Shown piece after piece: positions 1 to 11,650 of a stretch of DNA of 64,000 nucleotides; the first letter of the stretch is position 1, and each line of letters begins with the position of its first letter. Made by a program: the position numbers and the translations under genes. Source of the DNA: Vicugna vicugna (Eukaryota); assembly GCA_013265495.1 (NCBI GenBank), contig MU058444.1, positions 2,480,001 to 2,544,000 on the forward strand. Direction: 5' to 3'. A model generated the notes under the pieces. The model had not been told where the DNA came from and made no database searches. It saw nothing but the letters and a program-made list of their open reading frames with translations.

Positions 1-1339
1 CAGGTCAATACAGTCCTTATTCATCAGACTATCTTCTCAAATAGCACAATTTCACCAAGAGTAATTGAGAATTATAGTGGTATCTTGGGAGAACGTTGAA
101 TTATGACTAAGATTATTCTTTCCAGAGGGGACTTAATGACAAAAAAGTGATAAAATATCTAACCAAGGAAGGTCAACTTTCTTCTGTTGGCATAAGAAAG
201 GTTCAGAGCTTAGTTCTGACTACAAAATTGTTTCCCAAAAGAGTCTGTGGCTAAAGCTAATGAAAAACGTGATAAACAGTATTGCTTCACTCTTGGAAAT
301 TCCTGTTCATCTTCTGTGCCTTCCTCCAGCCTATGAAACAGCCTTCCTTCTTTTTACGTCCCACCAACATTCTAATATGCAAAGGTCGTCTCCTTTCCCA
401 CCTATACTTGTATTGGTGACTACAAAGTTGCAATTTCCACTTAAAATTATGGAGGGTAGATTTTTAAGCAGGACAAAAGCAGTTCTGAGAGCCATATTTT
501 AAAAATTCCTGATTCTTTAGGAGGAATTAGGTATATTTAAAAGGAATTTTGAATATTCCTAAGTACTCAAAATCTCAGTGTCCCTGATTTAAACCAATCA
601 GTGCATTTATCACATGCCCCTCAGGAAAGAAATGCTTAGTTGCCTTAGATGAACTGGAGAAGATCAGAAAATGATCTAAGTATTCTGGAAAACTAATATT
701 CTGGAAGAATATTTTTAAAAAATGCTCAAATAATTAGATTAACGCTTCTTAAGGCTATATTTCAAATCTTCCCATCCAAAAGTGACCAGAAATTGATCCA
801 GTCTTATAACAAAGGCAAGGTGAATCCAGTGGGGACTTAAAGGATCACCTAGTCATAATTCTCAGGTAATATTCTGGAATGGATCCAACTATAGATGTCC
901 CCATATCATGTCCACCTTCTTTATAAATGGATCAAAACGTAAATTTTTAAATTAACCATATAAACAAGAGATTGTATGGTAGATAAGCCCTTGATCAGAG
1001 ATATAACAAATTTCAGAGTCTTTTGTAAATGTTTTACAGAGGAAAGGAGCTAGATTCAGAATAAAGCACTGGCTTTGCAATAGCTCAATGACAATGAATA
1101 CACCTAACACCCAGATCTTGATTTCTAAATACCATTTCCCACCAAAAGGAAAAGGGTCCCTTGTCACAATGCCTGCTTCCAGGGCAGGGGCAGAGAAGGT
1201 ACAAGATGCGCTTGAAACACTTTATGTTAATGCCAGGAAATAAGGAACTGCTCAAAAAACGATGGCCACATGAGCCAGCAAAAGGGACTCCCACTGGCCA
1301 GAGCGGGGACAAACTGAGCATCAAAATAAATGATGACTC

Positions 1340-2040
1340 TGGCAATGTAATAGAATGTCAAGTGAAAATACGGAACGATTGACAGAGTTAGAAAATTCCT
1401 AACTGAAACCATCACAGTAAAGATTGATCAGGCAACAATTATCAGAGGGTACTAAGTCAGGAAGCGTAAGTGTCACGAGGAGAGAATATTCACATGTTCT
1501 CAACGTATTTCCCCACAGATCGGATCTTGTTCTGGAGGGAAAATACTATAAAGGACATGATTGGGACAACTGACAAAATGAGATATGGACTGTAGATTAT
1601 AAATTAAAATTCATTATTTTGATAATTGTACTTGGTTATATAAGAGAATAGCCTGTTTCTCAGGAAATACACACTGAAGTATTAAGGAGTAAAAAGGCAG
1701 GGTATGTACAACTTACTCTTTTCTTTTTAGGTAAAAGATTATTTTAGTATAATACAAAGAATGTAAATAGAGAAAACACTCCCTAATTGTCCATGAGGCT
1801 ATGTATGTGCCATAATGGCCAGCAAAGCTGATGTATTACTGGTATGCAACCTATCCTTAAATGGATCAAAAATATGTGTGTGTATATACACATAAATACA
1901 TATATACACATGTATATACACAGAGAGAGAGACTGGGGTGTGCAGGGAAGGATAATATAGCAAATGTTGCAAAATATTAAAAACATGAAACTCTGAACAG
2001 TTTATGGAGTTCTCTGTCTTAGTCTTGTGGTTATTTATTA
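1340..2040 (+). mobile_element. Old L1 (L1MC-like) 3' UTR fragment
   Basis: aggaaatacacactgaagtattaaggagtaaa and ttttgataattgtact motifs. Confidence 0.6.
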
Positions 2041-2769
2041 GCAGGAAATCACAGATCCTTCTGACTTCCCTTTAGGATGTAGAAAGCTGAGAGTACCCGT
2101 CTCACCCTTGCAACTACAACAAAGCCACACGATGTCCAAGTGTACACCTACTTACACCACATTTAAATCCACGACCTGAGGTTTTTTCAGGGCCATTAGC
2201 GAACTCGAAACCTAAAGACAGGCATCCAAGGACCAATAAGATGTGAGCACTTGCTTACCTGGAGCAGAGGCTGCTGGACAGTCAGAAGGCATCAGCTGGA
2301 AGTCTCCACAGATCACTGCAGGTTGAGCAGGGGCTAGAAAGCAAATATAATACTCCTGAGGTGACAGACACAGGGGCGTTTGTGTCCACGTGCAGACTGT
2401 TCTGCACGGACTTCATAAAAGAGACAGGAGGCAGAGTCCTGAGAAGACATCCTTTGCGGGGTGGACAGTGGGGTGGGGCTATTGGGAGGCAAGCGGAAAA
2501 CAGAGGCAAGAAGCCCCTTCCATGGATCTGGTCCCCATATCCCCTACGGACTAAAGGTCTTCAGCTGCTGGGAAAGGGCAGCAAACTCAGTTACCCTTGG
2601 GGCCTTGGTGAAGCCCCACCACAGGTAGAAGGGACAAGGAAAAACCCACGTCCCCTGTAAGGGGAAGAACACAAGTTGGGTCCACACTCACAGCTGGGGA
2701 CAGGGCAGGATGGCTGAGAAGCCCCCACCTAGAAACGCCAGGACACCGTGCCTGATTGAGCTAGAGTCA

Positions 2770-3893
2770 TTTTTTTTCCCTATTTTTCCAGCTTTACTGA
2801 GATAGTACTGACATATAACCTATATATGTTAAAGGTGTACAATGTGATGATTTGACAGACGAAATGTTATAGAAACCTGAATCCTGTCAAGAGACCAAGC
2901 GACACTCAGATGGTTAGAGAACTCAGGTTTACTGTACCAACAGGCCCAAAGGAGTTAACACTCCAAGCTCTGGACCCCGTCTGTAGGTTTACACAAGCTT
3001 TTATAAGGTTTTAGGTTTCAATTAAGTTCATGTCATATGCAAATGAGGTGTTAGAAATGGACCAATCAGGAGTGAGCTTTTGGGAACCAATGGAATTTTA
3101 GGGGTAAGTTTTGTTTTCCTAGAAGCAAGCTGTTTTACAGAAGCGCAAAAGCCAGAAGGCAATGGCCCTATCTGGGAGGTCTTGCTGGTCCCTTTGTGGG
3201 TTTTCCTCCTTCAGTACGTACTGCAAAGTGATTACCACAATAAGGTTCATCATTAACGCCTCCATCCCCTCACATCCCCTTTCCTTGTGTGTTGATAACA
3301 TTTAAGTTCTACTCTGTTAACAGCTTCTAAATGTAGAATACGGTACTGTACATTGTAGTCACCACGCTGTCCCAGAGCATGTTCATCCCACACTAGGAGT
3401 CGGTGCCTTTGACCAGCATCCCCCTACTTCCCCCACCCTCCTCCAGCCCCTAGCAACCACCATCCACTCTCTGCTTCTATGAGTTTGGCTATTGCAGATC
3501 CTGCATGTAAGTGAGAACATACAGTATTTCTCTTTCCCTGTCTGACTTACTTCACTGAGCATAGTGCCCTCAAGGTCCACCCATGCTGTCACAGAAAGGC
3601 AGAATTCCCTTCTTTTTTATGGTTGAATAATAATCCATTGAATAAATACACACCACATTTTCTTGGTCGTTTCCATGTCTTGGCTATTGTGAATAACGCA
3701 GCAATGAACATAGGGATGTGGGTTTCTGTCTGAGACAGCATTTTCATTTCCTTCGGATATGTACCCAGAAGTGGGATTACTGGATCACTTGGTAGTTCTA
3801 TTTTTTATTTTTTTGAGGAATTTCCATACTCTTTTTCATAGTGATTGCACCAATCTGCACCCCTAGAAACAGTGCACAGGGGTTCCCTTTTCT
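2770..3893 (-). mobile_element. L1MA-like LINE-1 3' end (split by the LTR)
   Basis: T-rich tail at 2770; typical L1 3' UTR text (aagtgagaacatacagtatttctctttc, gtacccagaagtgggattactggatc). Confidence 0.8.
2865..3213 (-). mobile_element. Solo ERV LTR inserted in an L1 3' end
   Basis: TG...CA termini; interrupts L1MA-like sequence; CCAAT-like boxes inside; strand is a best guess. Confidence 0.65.
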
Positions 3894-5299
3894 GAGACAG
3901 GGCCTTAATCAGAACAGAGAAGGCCACCTGTCTTTATCCCATAACCAGGATAACAAGCATCAAATAACAGGCAACGGCAGTCTGCTCCTGGACCGCTGGG
4001 CAAGGGGCAGGAACGTGGGGGAGAGACCCTCTCTGAGGCACACCAAAGAGAGAAGACCTAACGGTGAGGTTGGAGCAGACATTCAGATAAATGCTCTAGA
4101 AAACGAGCGCCCCCGAAGCACAAGGTAATAGGTAATGCTGGAGGGATTTGAAGACTGTGGTGCTCCAGGGGCAACAGTGACAACAGCAAATCCCACACGT
4201 TGCCCACCGCCTGATTAAAGTGACTCAACTCCACACACCAAAGGCCTCCCAGAAGGAAGGAAGTACGCATTTCCAGGCATGAGAACTATTTCCCTGAGAT
4301 TTCTGCTTTGGGTGAAGATTCACTGTCCCACCTACAACTGAAACACTGTATAAACTGTATCAAACAGCAGCTCTCAAGATACTGCAGGTCAAGCAATGGA
4401 GGACAGTGGCCCTTGCAAGGCAGAAAAACCTACAACTGGCCCTGCTTTCTGCTTGGAGAAAGTTTCTAGACCAAGGAGCAGAAAAGGAAACCCAGGAAGA
4501 ACCTAAAGTGGGGACATGGACCGGGGTCCAGGGAAGCCAAGGTGTCTAGATCACCCAGGGAAGACCACCAGCAAGGAGAGAGGCACAGAGAAGGGACTCC
4601 GGAGACCCCGGAGGACCCTGAGTATTCTGCTGAGTCTGATCCGCACATGCCCCGTGAAGAAACAACTCAAGCAAGAACCTACACTGCCCAGATTTCACAG
4701 GAGGAGCGTCTGCTGCCTGTGAGGAAGGGCACGTCCTTGGCATCCACCCTGTCCTTCCCTCCTGCCCCATCCTTAGTGTCCGGATAACAGAGGACTCTCA
4801 GACCTGCCTCCCTTGGAGACATATCATTGCTGCTGACCTTTCGTGTCCGGCTTTCTGGACAATTCGTGCCTATTATCACAGAAGTTATCGACACCGAGCT
4901 GACAGTGTGACTCTACTGCCACCACCCTCTCCTGTTACACCCTCCTTAGTAAGTCAGTTTAATTATTAAATGCAGCCATCCCCACAACGAGATGATCCTT
5001 CACCAGGCAGCCACTGGGTGTGATCGGAATGAAACAAGGGGGAGTTTGTGGGGATCAGTCTTGAAATTTCTGAAAATTCAGGATTTCGTCCTGATCTAGC
5101 ATTTTTCTCTTCATACGCCTGGCTGAAGAGAGCCTAGGAGATTCAGACTTAATTCTAGTTATGTTCTATGAAAATTTTTTCTATGAAATGGTTTTCTACC
5201 TCTTATACCCAACCTTTCTGGACAAAAGTTCTGGATGACAGTAGTTCTGGGATGGTTGGGAAAAAAAGTAAATATAGATACATATTTATAGTTAGTGAT

Positions 5300-5382
5300 T
5301 TTATATATACGTGTGTGTGTGTGTACACACACACACATATATATACATATATATGTATATATATGTATATATATACTAACTG

Positions 5383-5416
<34 letters not shown>

Positions 5417-5445
5417 CTAACTATATATATACATCTATATATACA
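5300..5445. repeat. Compound (TA)n/(TG)n/(CA)n microsatellite
   Basis: Directly visible; source of the low-complexity YI-rich ORFs. Confidence 0.95.
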
Positions 5446-6929
5446 GTTAGTGAAATGGGACACACAGATTGGGTGAAAACGGAGGGAGAGCAACCCTGGC
5501 ATCTAAAGAGATAAACTTTAGATCCTGGAAAGCAAAAGTGGGGGAGGGGAAGGCAATAATGATTTATTTTTATTTTTAAGAACTGCTCTTGGAAGCCTTC
5601 TCCTCCTGAAAAACAAAACAGCATAACTCCTTTGCTACTTTCCCCAAACTTACTGCAAAACCCATAAATTAAACTGGCTGACTAAGCCTGCCATTCCTGC
5701 CTGCCTATGAGACCAGAGGAGGTGGCCCCAACTCCCCCCTTTTTCAGCCAGAATACCCCATGTGAAATGCAGTGCACACCTCCTGCGGAGTATGACTCAC
5801 TACTCTGGACAAGCATTCCCTCTGAAACCAAGGACCAAATGAAGTTATTTAGACTGAATTAGGGGGCCCTAGGGCTTATGAGATTTCAAGTAGATTTCAG
5901 AGCAAAGAACATTTCCAGGGGTACAGAAAGCTAATTCATAATGATAAAAGAGTCAATTCATCAAGAAGACATTTCTAGATATTTAAGTGCCAAATAACAG
6001 AGCTTGAAGACACATGAAGCAAAAGCTGATAAATAGACAAATCCACAAACATAACTGGAGATTTCAAGACACTCTTCTGAGTAATTCCTCAGCATTCCTC
6101 TACAAGTCTCAAATTTAGTTGGTACAAATGCACCTGTAGTTTTAGTGCACTTTGTGGAAATGCAAAAAAAAATTTTTTTTGCATCTAATACTAGCTATAA
6201 ATATAAGAAATCACATGTCATGTTCTCATTTAGATGGGCAAAAACAGGCCTCCGACTGAGAAATGAAATATCCGCTGGGCTAAAGTAACACACATTGATG
6301 AAGTCAGCTGAAAAATTAACAAGGGACAATATTTCTCCCAAAGAAACACTGCACAAAGTCAAAGCGACTTTGATAACTATTGAATTCTCACTTACTCAAC
6401 GAGAAACTTTGTTCTCTAAAACCAGAGTAGGAGACTCTTGGTTCTTCGAAAATGTATCAGTAAGAATGAAATATCCCTCTCTTTGCTGATCTCTTTGACA
6501 TAGAGAACCAGTCTCATATCTCAAACCTGGCGCAGGGGTTTCTGGACACAGCATTTAGTATCTATCTTAACTTTGTAGTTCCCAAAGTTCCCTGAAAATT
6601 TCCCACTTGTACAGACGTCATGTTGAGCTCTTTACACACAGCCCTCATTGCCTTTGAACCTGTCAGAACACGATTTCACTTAAATTTCACCTACTCCCAC
6701 CCTTCCTTAAAATCTCATAACTCTACTCCCTTGTCCTGTGAGATGTTCCACTGTTCACTGAAGGCCAGGGTCAAATCCTCAAGGTGATTCTGGAAGAGTG
6801 GGAAACTAGCTCACAAAATGCCTTCCCTGAGGCTAGAGCTGTTTGCTGATTCTTCCTTATTTAAAATTCTTGCAACTTACTTTTCTCTTTTCTCTGACAA
6901 ACACCCATCTTTGCATTACACCCTCCACT

Positions 6930-7445
6930 TGTAATAGAAAAGAACAAATCTGACTGCATAGTACGTCTGTTCCTTTGGCTTTAACCCCGTGCTCTGTTTC
7001 CTAGGCTCAGTCTTGCTAACTCTGCACCTTTTATAAAAGAATGTTGCCTAGAGCCTGAAATAGACAGGACAGCCCAGCCTCAAAGCTCTGACCTTTAAGG
7101 GTATAACACTTTCTCATTCATATAAAGATAACAAGTTGCAGAGTAGAAAATAACATTTGTTTTGTTGGAGGTTTTACAGGGGCACCATGACCTGACCCAC
7201 GTAGAGGGCTGCAAGAACAAAGGATTCAGACACAAAGAAGTCTGCAACAACCAATCAGATCTGCTCCCCCTTTTTAGCAGACAAGGAGCCTGAATTCTGG
7301 CTTTGGGAAGATGGTTCTCCAGGACATCAGTCTGCCATCTTCTTGGCCTGCTGACTTTATGAATAAAGTCGCTATTCCTTGCCCCAACACACCCCGTCTC
7401 CTGATTTATTCTCTTGCGGTGTCTATCAGCCTGGACTCAGTAACA
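6930..7445 (+). mobile_element. Solo ERV1-type LTR (family A, copy 1)
   Basis: TGTAATAGAA...CAGTAACA termini; AATAAA near 7362; homologous to 29015-29447; embedded in other LTR-like sequence (6460-6900, 7480-7831). Confidence 0.8.
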
Positions 7446-7479
7446 CCCTCCCTGTACATTCTTTACCCAGAATAGCTTA

Positions 7480-7831
7480 TCCTTTAACCCAGAAGCTGTG
7501 CCCCAGGAAGGCGGTCAGGGGCGGGTAGCCTCAGAAGAAGGAACAGACCCTACGGAGTTTCTCTGTGAGGCCAGGCAGATGCATCAAGACTGCGAAGAAT
7601 ACAGCACCCCGAAACCCCGTTCGTGGTCCCTTTTTGTTCCGCCCTGCTTGTCTCTCAAACCTCAGGACACCAACCCCAAGACAGACTCACAGCCCCTAAG
7701 GCATGAGCCTGCTGTGACTCCCTTTGCCTGGTAGAGCGATAAAGCGGCTCTTTTCTGATTCCCCCCACCAACCCAGTCTCTGGGTCTGAATTCGTGTCTC
7801 TGGGTCCAGAGGCCGCGGTGTTTGGGCAACA
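7480..7831 (+). mobile_element. ERV1-type LTR 3' portion directly upstream of the KIAA1586 CpG island
   Basis: The 3' end (agcctgctgtgactccctttgcctgg...ataaagc...ttgggcaaca) resembles the 3' end of the LTR at 38185-38774. Confidence 0.55.
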
Positions 7832-8169
7832 ATTCTGCGGGACGACGGCCCCGTCAGGCCATAGGCGACCCTAGGCTGACAGGGCTGGGAGAAAACGCTT
7901 TACAAGGATGTTCTCAATTAACACTTGTTTTCATACATTTCATCTATTCACGATCATCTGTGTGGAAATATTTAGAAGAAAAGCGTCGCAGGAAGGGGTT
8001 TTTCCGAAAGGAACCGACAATGCGAGCTCTGGAGGCAGTATCAGAGCAAACCACTAGAAAGCACGTTAACACCATTCACTTATTATCTGGATCACTATTT
8101 GACCATAAAAAAGAAAAGAGGGAGAGAGACTGAGGAAGGTCACCCACATTCTACCTCAGAATACGAACC

Positions 8170-8650
8170 TTCTTGAGGGGCGCACACTCCGGAGCTCAAT
8201 CCTCCCGCGCTCCTCAGCCGGCGGGGCGCTCTCGTGCGGCCCGAACTACAATTCCCAGCGGCCCGCGCGGCAGAGGCGGGAGGCCTGAACTACAGTCCCC
8301 AGCGGCCCGCGCGGCGGGAGGCCGGGACTGTGTGAGGGAGGCCGGAGTTCTGTGGGCTGGGTCGCTCCTCCTTGGGAAGCGGTTTGCAGCCCTTTCCGCC
8401 CGGGGCGTCTGCAGCTCGGCGCGCACGCCGGGGCGGGTCACTGCAGCGCGCCGCGAGCTGGGCGGGCAGGTGGCGGCGGTGGCGCCTGTGCTGTCGGGCA
8501 GGCTGTCGGGGAGATGGGCGACCCGGGGCCAGAGGTGAGTGGCGGGCGTTGTGCGGAGCCCGAGGGCGGTACAACCACAGTGGCCGCGACAAAGACTGCG
8601 GCCTGCAGTATGAGTGTTACTCTGAGCCACGCTTCCCCGCCTCGCTTAGA
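8170..8650 (+). promoter_or_regulatory. KIAA1586: CpG-island promoter of the KIAA1586 pseudogene (paralog of the ZNF451 promoter)
   Basis: CpG-dense; ACTACAATTCCCAGC 8245-8259 and ACTACAGTCCCCAGC 8289-8303; aligns with 30880-31231. Confidence 0.8.
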
Positions 8651-9330
8651 GCCATCTGATGCTTGATATACGCACAGTTCTGGTCTTCTAAGACCGTGTT
8701 TTGAAGGGGGGCAAGAGCGTCTTGTATACGATGGCACCCAGGTTAGGGAGAAGGGACGGCTGGTGGTGAGGAAGGAAGCGAAAACCAGAAGGGCTGCAGG
8801 AAGTCCAGATCTGAGCACAGGTGTCAACATAACATGAAGGCAGGTAGCCTGAGGACCTACTTCCCTCACCTTTGAGGTCATGGCTCCAAGCACAGTACAG
8901 CAGTGATGCTAACAGTGGAGGCCCCGCATCACCGGGAGCGTGGTGTGTCCTTGTGCGGTTATTTCCTTTGGGACAGTGATTCTCAGGCATTACTAAGTGG
9001 AAGCTTGCGGATTCCTGATCCCACTCCAGACCTGTGGAATCAGCATTCGGAGGTGGAGCCTAGGGATCTTCATTTGGGCACAGATGCAGGAGTATATGAA
9101 TCTCTGGACACATTTTGTAAAGCATTGACTCCAGAAACCCAAGGGGGTGCTCTGATAGGTTTAGGGATAATTTCCACCCAGAACTGTTAAAGTTTTACAA
9201 AGGCTCTGCTTAGAGTAGTATCTTAGTAACTCAGCTAGAGATTATTTTTTACTGCAAACTACTCTTCAAGTACTGTAGGTAGTTGAGGTTTGCTCTTAAA
9301 GGGGTTTACTCTTTCTTTAGATGGGTGCCT
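8572..9330 (+). repeat. High-identity part of the KIAA1586/ZNF451 segmental duplication (copy 1); perfect core 8708-9109
   Basis: Aligns with 31867-~32620 at offset 23295; the ORF track shows near-identical spurious ORFs at 8688/31983 and 8903/32198. Confidence 0.95.
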
Positions 9331-10240
9331 GCTTAATGTTTGTGTGTTTTGTAGTTGCTGTAGGTTTATGGCAACCATGTAAATCACTTGTTTTTAAATC
9401 AAAATTCCCTTCATAAACATTGTGGTAACATTGTTTTTGCAGCTGTGGTAGGGTTATATAGAAATTCTTTACAAGATAATTTCCTTGGCATTCCTCCCTA
9501 TTAATAGTACATATACGGTGCTCTTTTCTTGACACTGGGAACTGTTGCAAGTTTAGAGGTACCAAGAAGGGCTGTGTGCCGACTTTACCCCCCATGTGGT
9601 GAGGGCTAAGTGAGTAGTTGTGGAAATTGAAGAACCATGGTATCTATTTTTGTACTGAAAACATTTGGAAAGAGGATTCTGTGGGGCATTAGGAAAAATA
9701 ATTTCCTAATTATTCTTCCTGACCGTGGTATAAAGACACAATGAATAGGATACAGTGACCTTGATGCAGTTTTGAGCAGCTACAAATGTTTGTGATCTGT
9801 GTGCCTCGCTTTGAGAAACAGCAGGAATCTACAAAATTAAGCTTGGAAAAATAAATAGATATAACATTGTGTCATACTCTGAGGATTAAATGCATAATTA
9901 TATTGTAAATTCTGACTGAGTTAAAATATCAGCTGGTGTCCAGCTGAGGTTTAGAAGTCTTGATTCAAATTTTATTTTAAATATAGAGAATCTTTTGTGT
10001 CTTTGCATCCTGAGTGGTGTACATCCAGCTTGACAGAACCTTTTATTTTTAGCCTTGTTTCCAAATAGAGGATTGAAGATTTGACAGCTCCATAAGAAGT
10101 GAATTACATGCTCTAAGGGAAATTGCAGTACCAGAAGAATCTCGTCAGGGTATTCCTAGTGCATTTAAATGGTGCCACATACAAAACAATGATAATTTAA
10201 TTGTTTTTTATATTTTAATATTTTATCTTTTTCTCAATTA

Positions 10241-10412
10241 TTTTTTGGGAAGGGGGAGGTAATTAGGTTTGTTTACTTATTATTTTGTTTGGTTTTTGAT
10301 TGGGGAGGGTAATTAGGTTTATTTACTCATTTACCCTTGGAGAAAATACTGGGGATTGAACCCAGGACCTTGTGCATGCTAAGCATGCACTCTACCAGTT
10401 CAGCTGTACCCT
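10241..10412 (-). mobile_element. Camelid tRNA-derived SINE (Vic-1-like), with a duplicated tail module
   Basis: ggggattgaacccaggaccttgtgcatgctaagcatgcactctacc; the ggtaattaggttt tail motif occurs twice. Confidence 0.85.
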
Positions 10413-11527
10413 TAACCCTTCTCCCCATTGAACTTTAAACTACATTCACAGACAGAGTTTACTTTCCTCTGCTGGGTTCCTATTACTGGGTTCCACCAGG
10501 ATATGTTTATTACTACTTTTTTATAGTACCATCCAGAAAAGGTGAAATGCTACTGGGTATATAGTTCTTTCTTTGCTTGAGGCTTCTCAGATTCAAAAAA
10601 AATGTTTGTGTTGTTTGTATATGTTTCATCAAGAAGCGTGTGACTATTTCATGTGCTCTGGTTTGGATTTCCTGGTCTTTTCACATAAATCGTATTTTCC
10701 AGCCTTCAGTCTGCATTGTGGCCCAGCATCCTCTTCATATGCAGCCATGTTATGCACAAGCCCCAAGCTAAACAGAATGTGCTGAAAGAAAGGAATGATG
10801 AAAAGCGGGGCACAGAAGAGCCTTGTCCTTGGTGTAGGTCTTGTTGAAGAGCAGCACGCCAGCGGAGGAGGGCACCTGCTCCCTGCTCTCCCGGACCAGC
10901 TCTCTTTAGTGTCACGTGGCCACTTCTCTGGATGAATGTCTTACTAGTCATCCCACGTTTCGCACTCTCCTCATCTTCTTTCAACACAGTTCCAGTGTGG
11001 CTCCCATCTCAACGCTACTTGTTGATTCCTTTGCCTTTAGAATAAAATCTAAGTTTTTGACGGGGATATTTAAGACCCGGTCTCTGTTGAAGGCAGTATG
11101 TGTAAAAAAATGATTGAGAAGATTCAGGGTTTGATGTAGGTATAAGGATACAGAGGATGAAGCAGAGCTGGCAAAGAACGCCATGATTCTGAGCTTAGAT
11201 GTCTAAAACATTACTAATAACCATCTCAGTGAAGAGGTACTGTACTTTTTTTTTTTTTTAACATTATCCTGGGCTGTTAACCATTTCCAGAGGCTTTTTT
11301 TCCTCTGTGTAGATTTAAACTCCTTTTGGGTTTTGTTGTCATTACATAATCATTTTCTCTGACTCTTTTCTTCTGCTGTTTTGTTTTTGATTTTTCTGTG
11401 CCACCTGTAAGGCCTCCTCTTCATAGGAATTCTTGTTAATTCTAACCAAAAAACGCAACTGATTGTAAATGCACATTTAGTTTGCATGATTATTCATGAC
11501 TTGTAAATTTGCTGTCTTCCTTTTCAG

Positions 11528-11608
11528 GAAGGACCATCATGACCTGTTCTTGAATACAGTGATCTGGTCTGTGGTGACAGCAAGGAGCCTAATGCCTGTC
11601 GTAGTGAC
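11528..11608 (+). pseudogene. KIAA1586: KIAA1586 exon 3 remnant (EGPS*PVLEYSDLVCGDSKEPNACRSD)
   Basis: Paralog of ZNF451 exon 3, same 81-nt length, intact ttttcag| and |gtaagt sites; the Arg of the PxRP motif reads TGA (probably CGA>TGA). Confidence 0.9.
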
Positions 11609-11650
11609 GTAAGTATATTATTTTTGCGTCTTCAGTTCTGTCACTAAGTG

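Noticed and set aside
1..1150. Possible ERV internal (env-like) sequence
   Set aside because: It has that feel, but I could not read any diagnostic motif; it needs RepeatMasker.
5159..5502. YI-rich ORFs
   Set aside because: Translation of a dinucleotide microsatellite.
6160..6185. Short palindrome atgc-A9-T8-gcat
   Set aside because: Homopolymer-driven and expected by chance.
8173..9190. Cluster of 95-151 aa ORFs, some duplicated at 31937-32476
   Set aside because: GC-rich or intronic; their identity reflects DNA-level duplication and conversion, not coding constraint.
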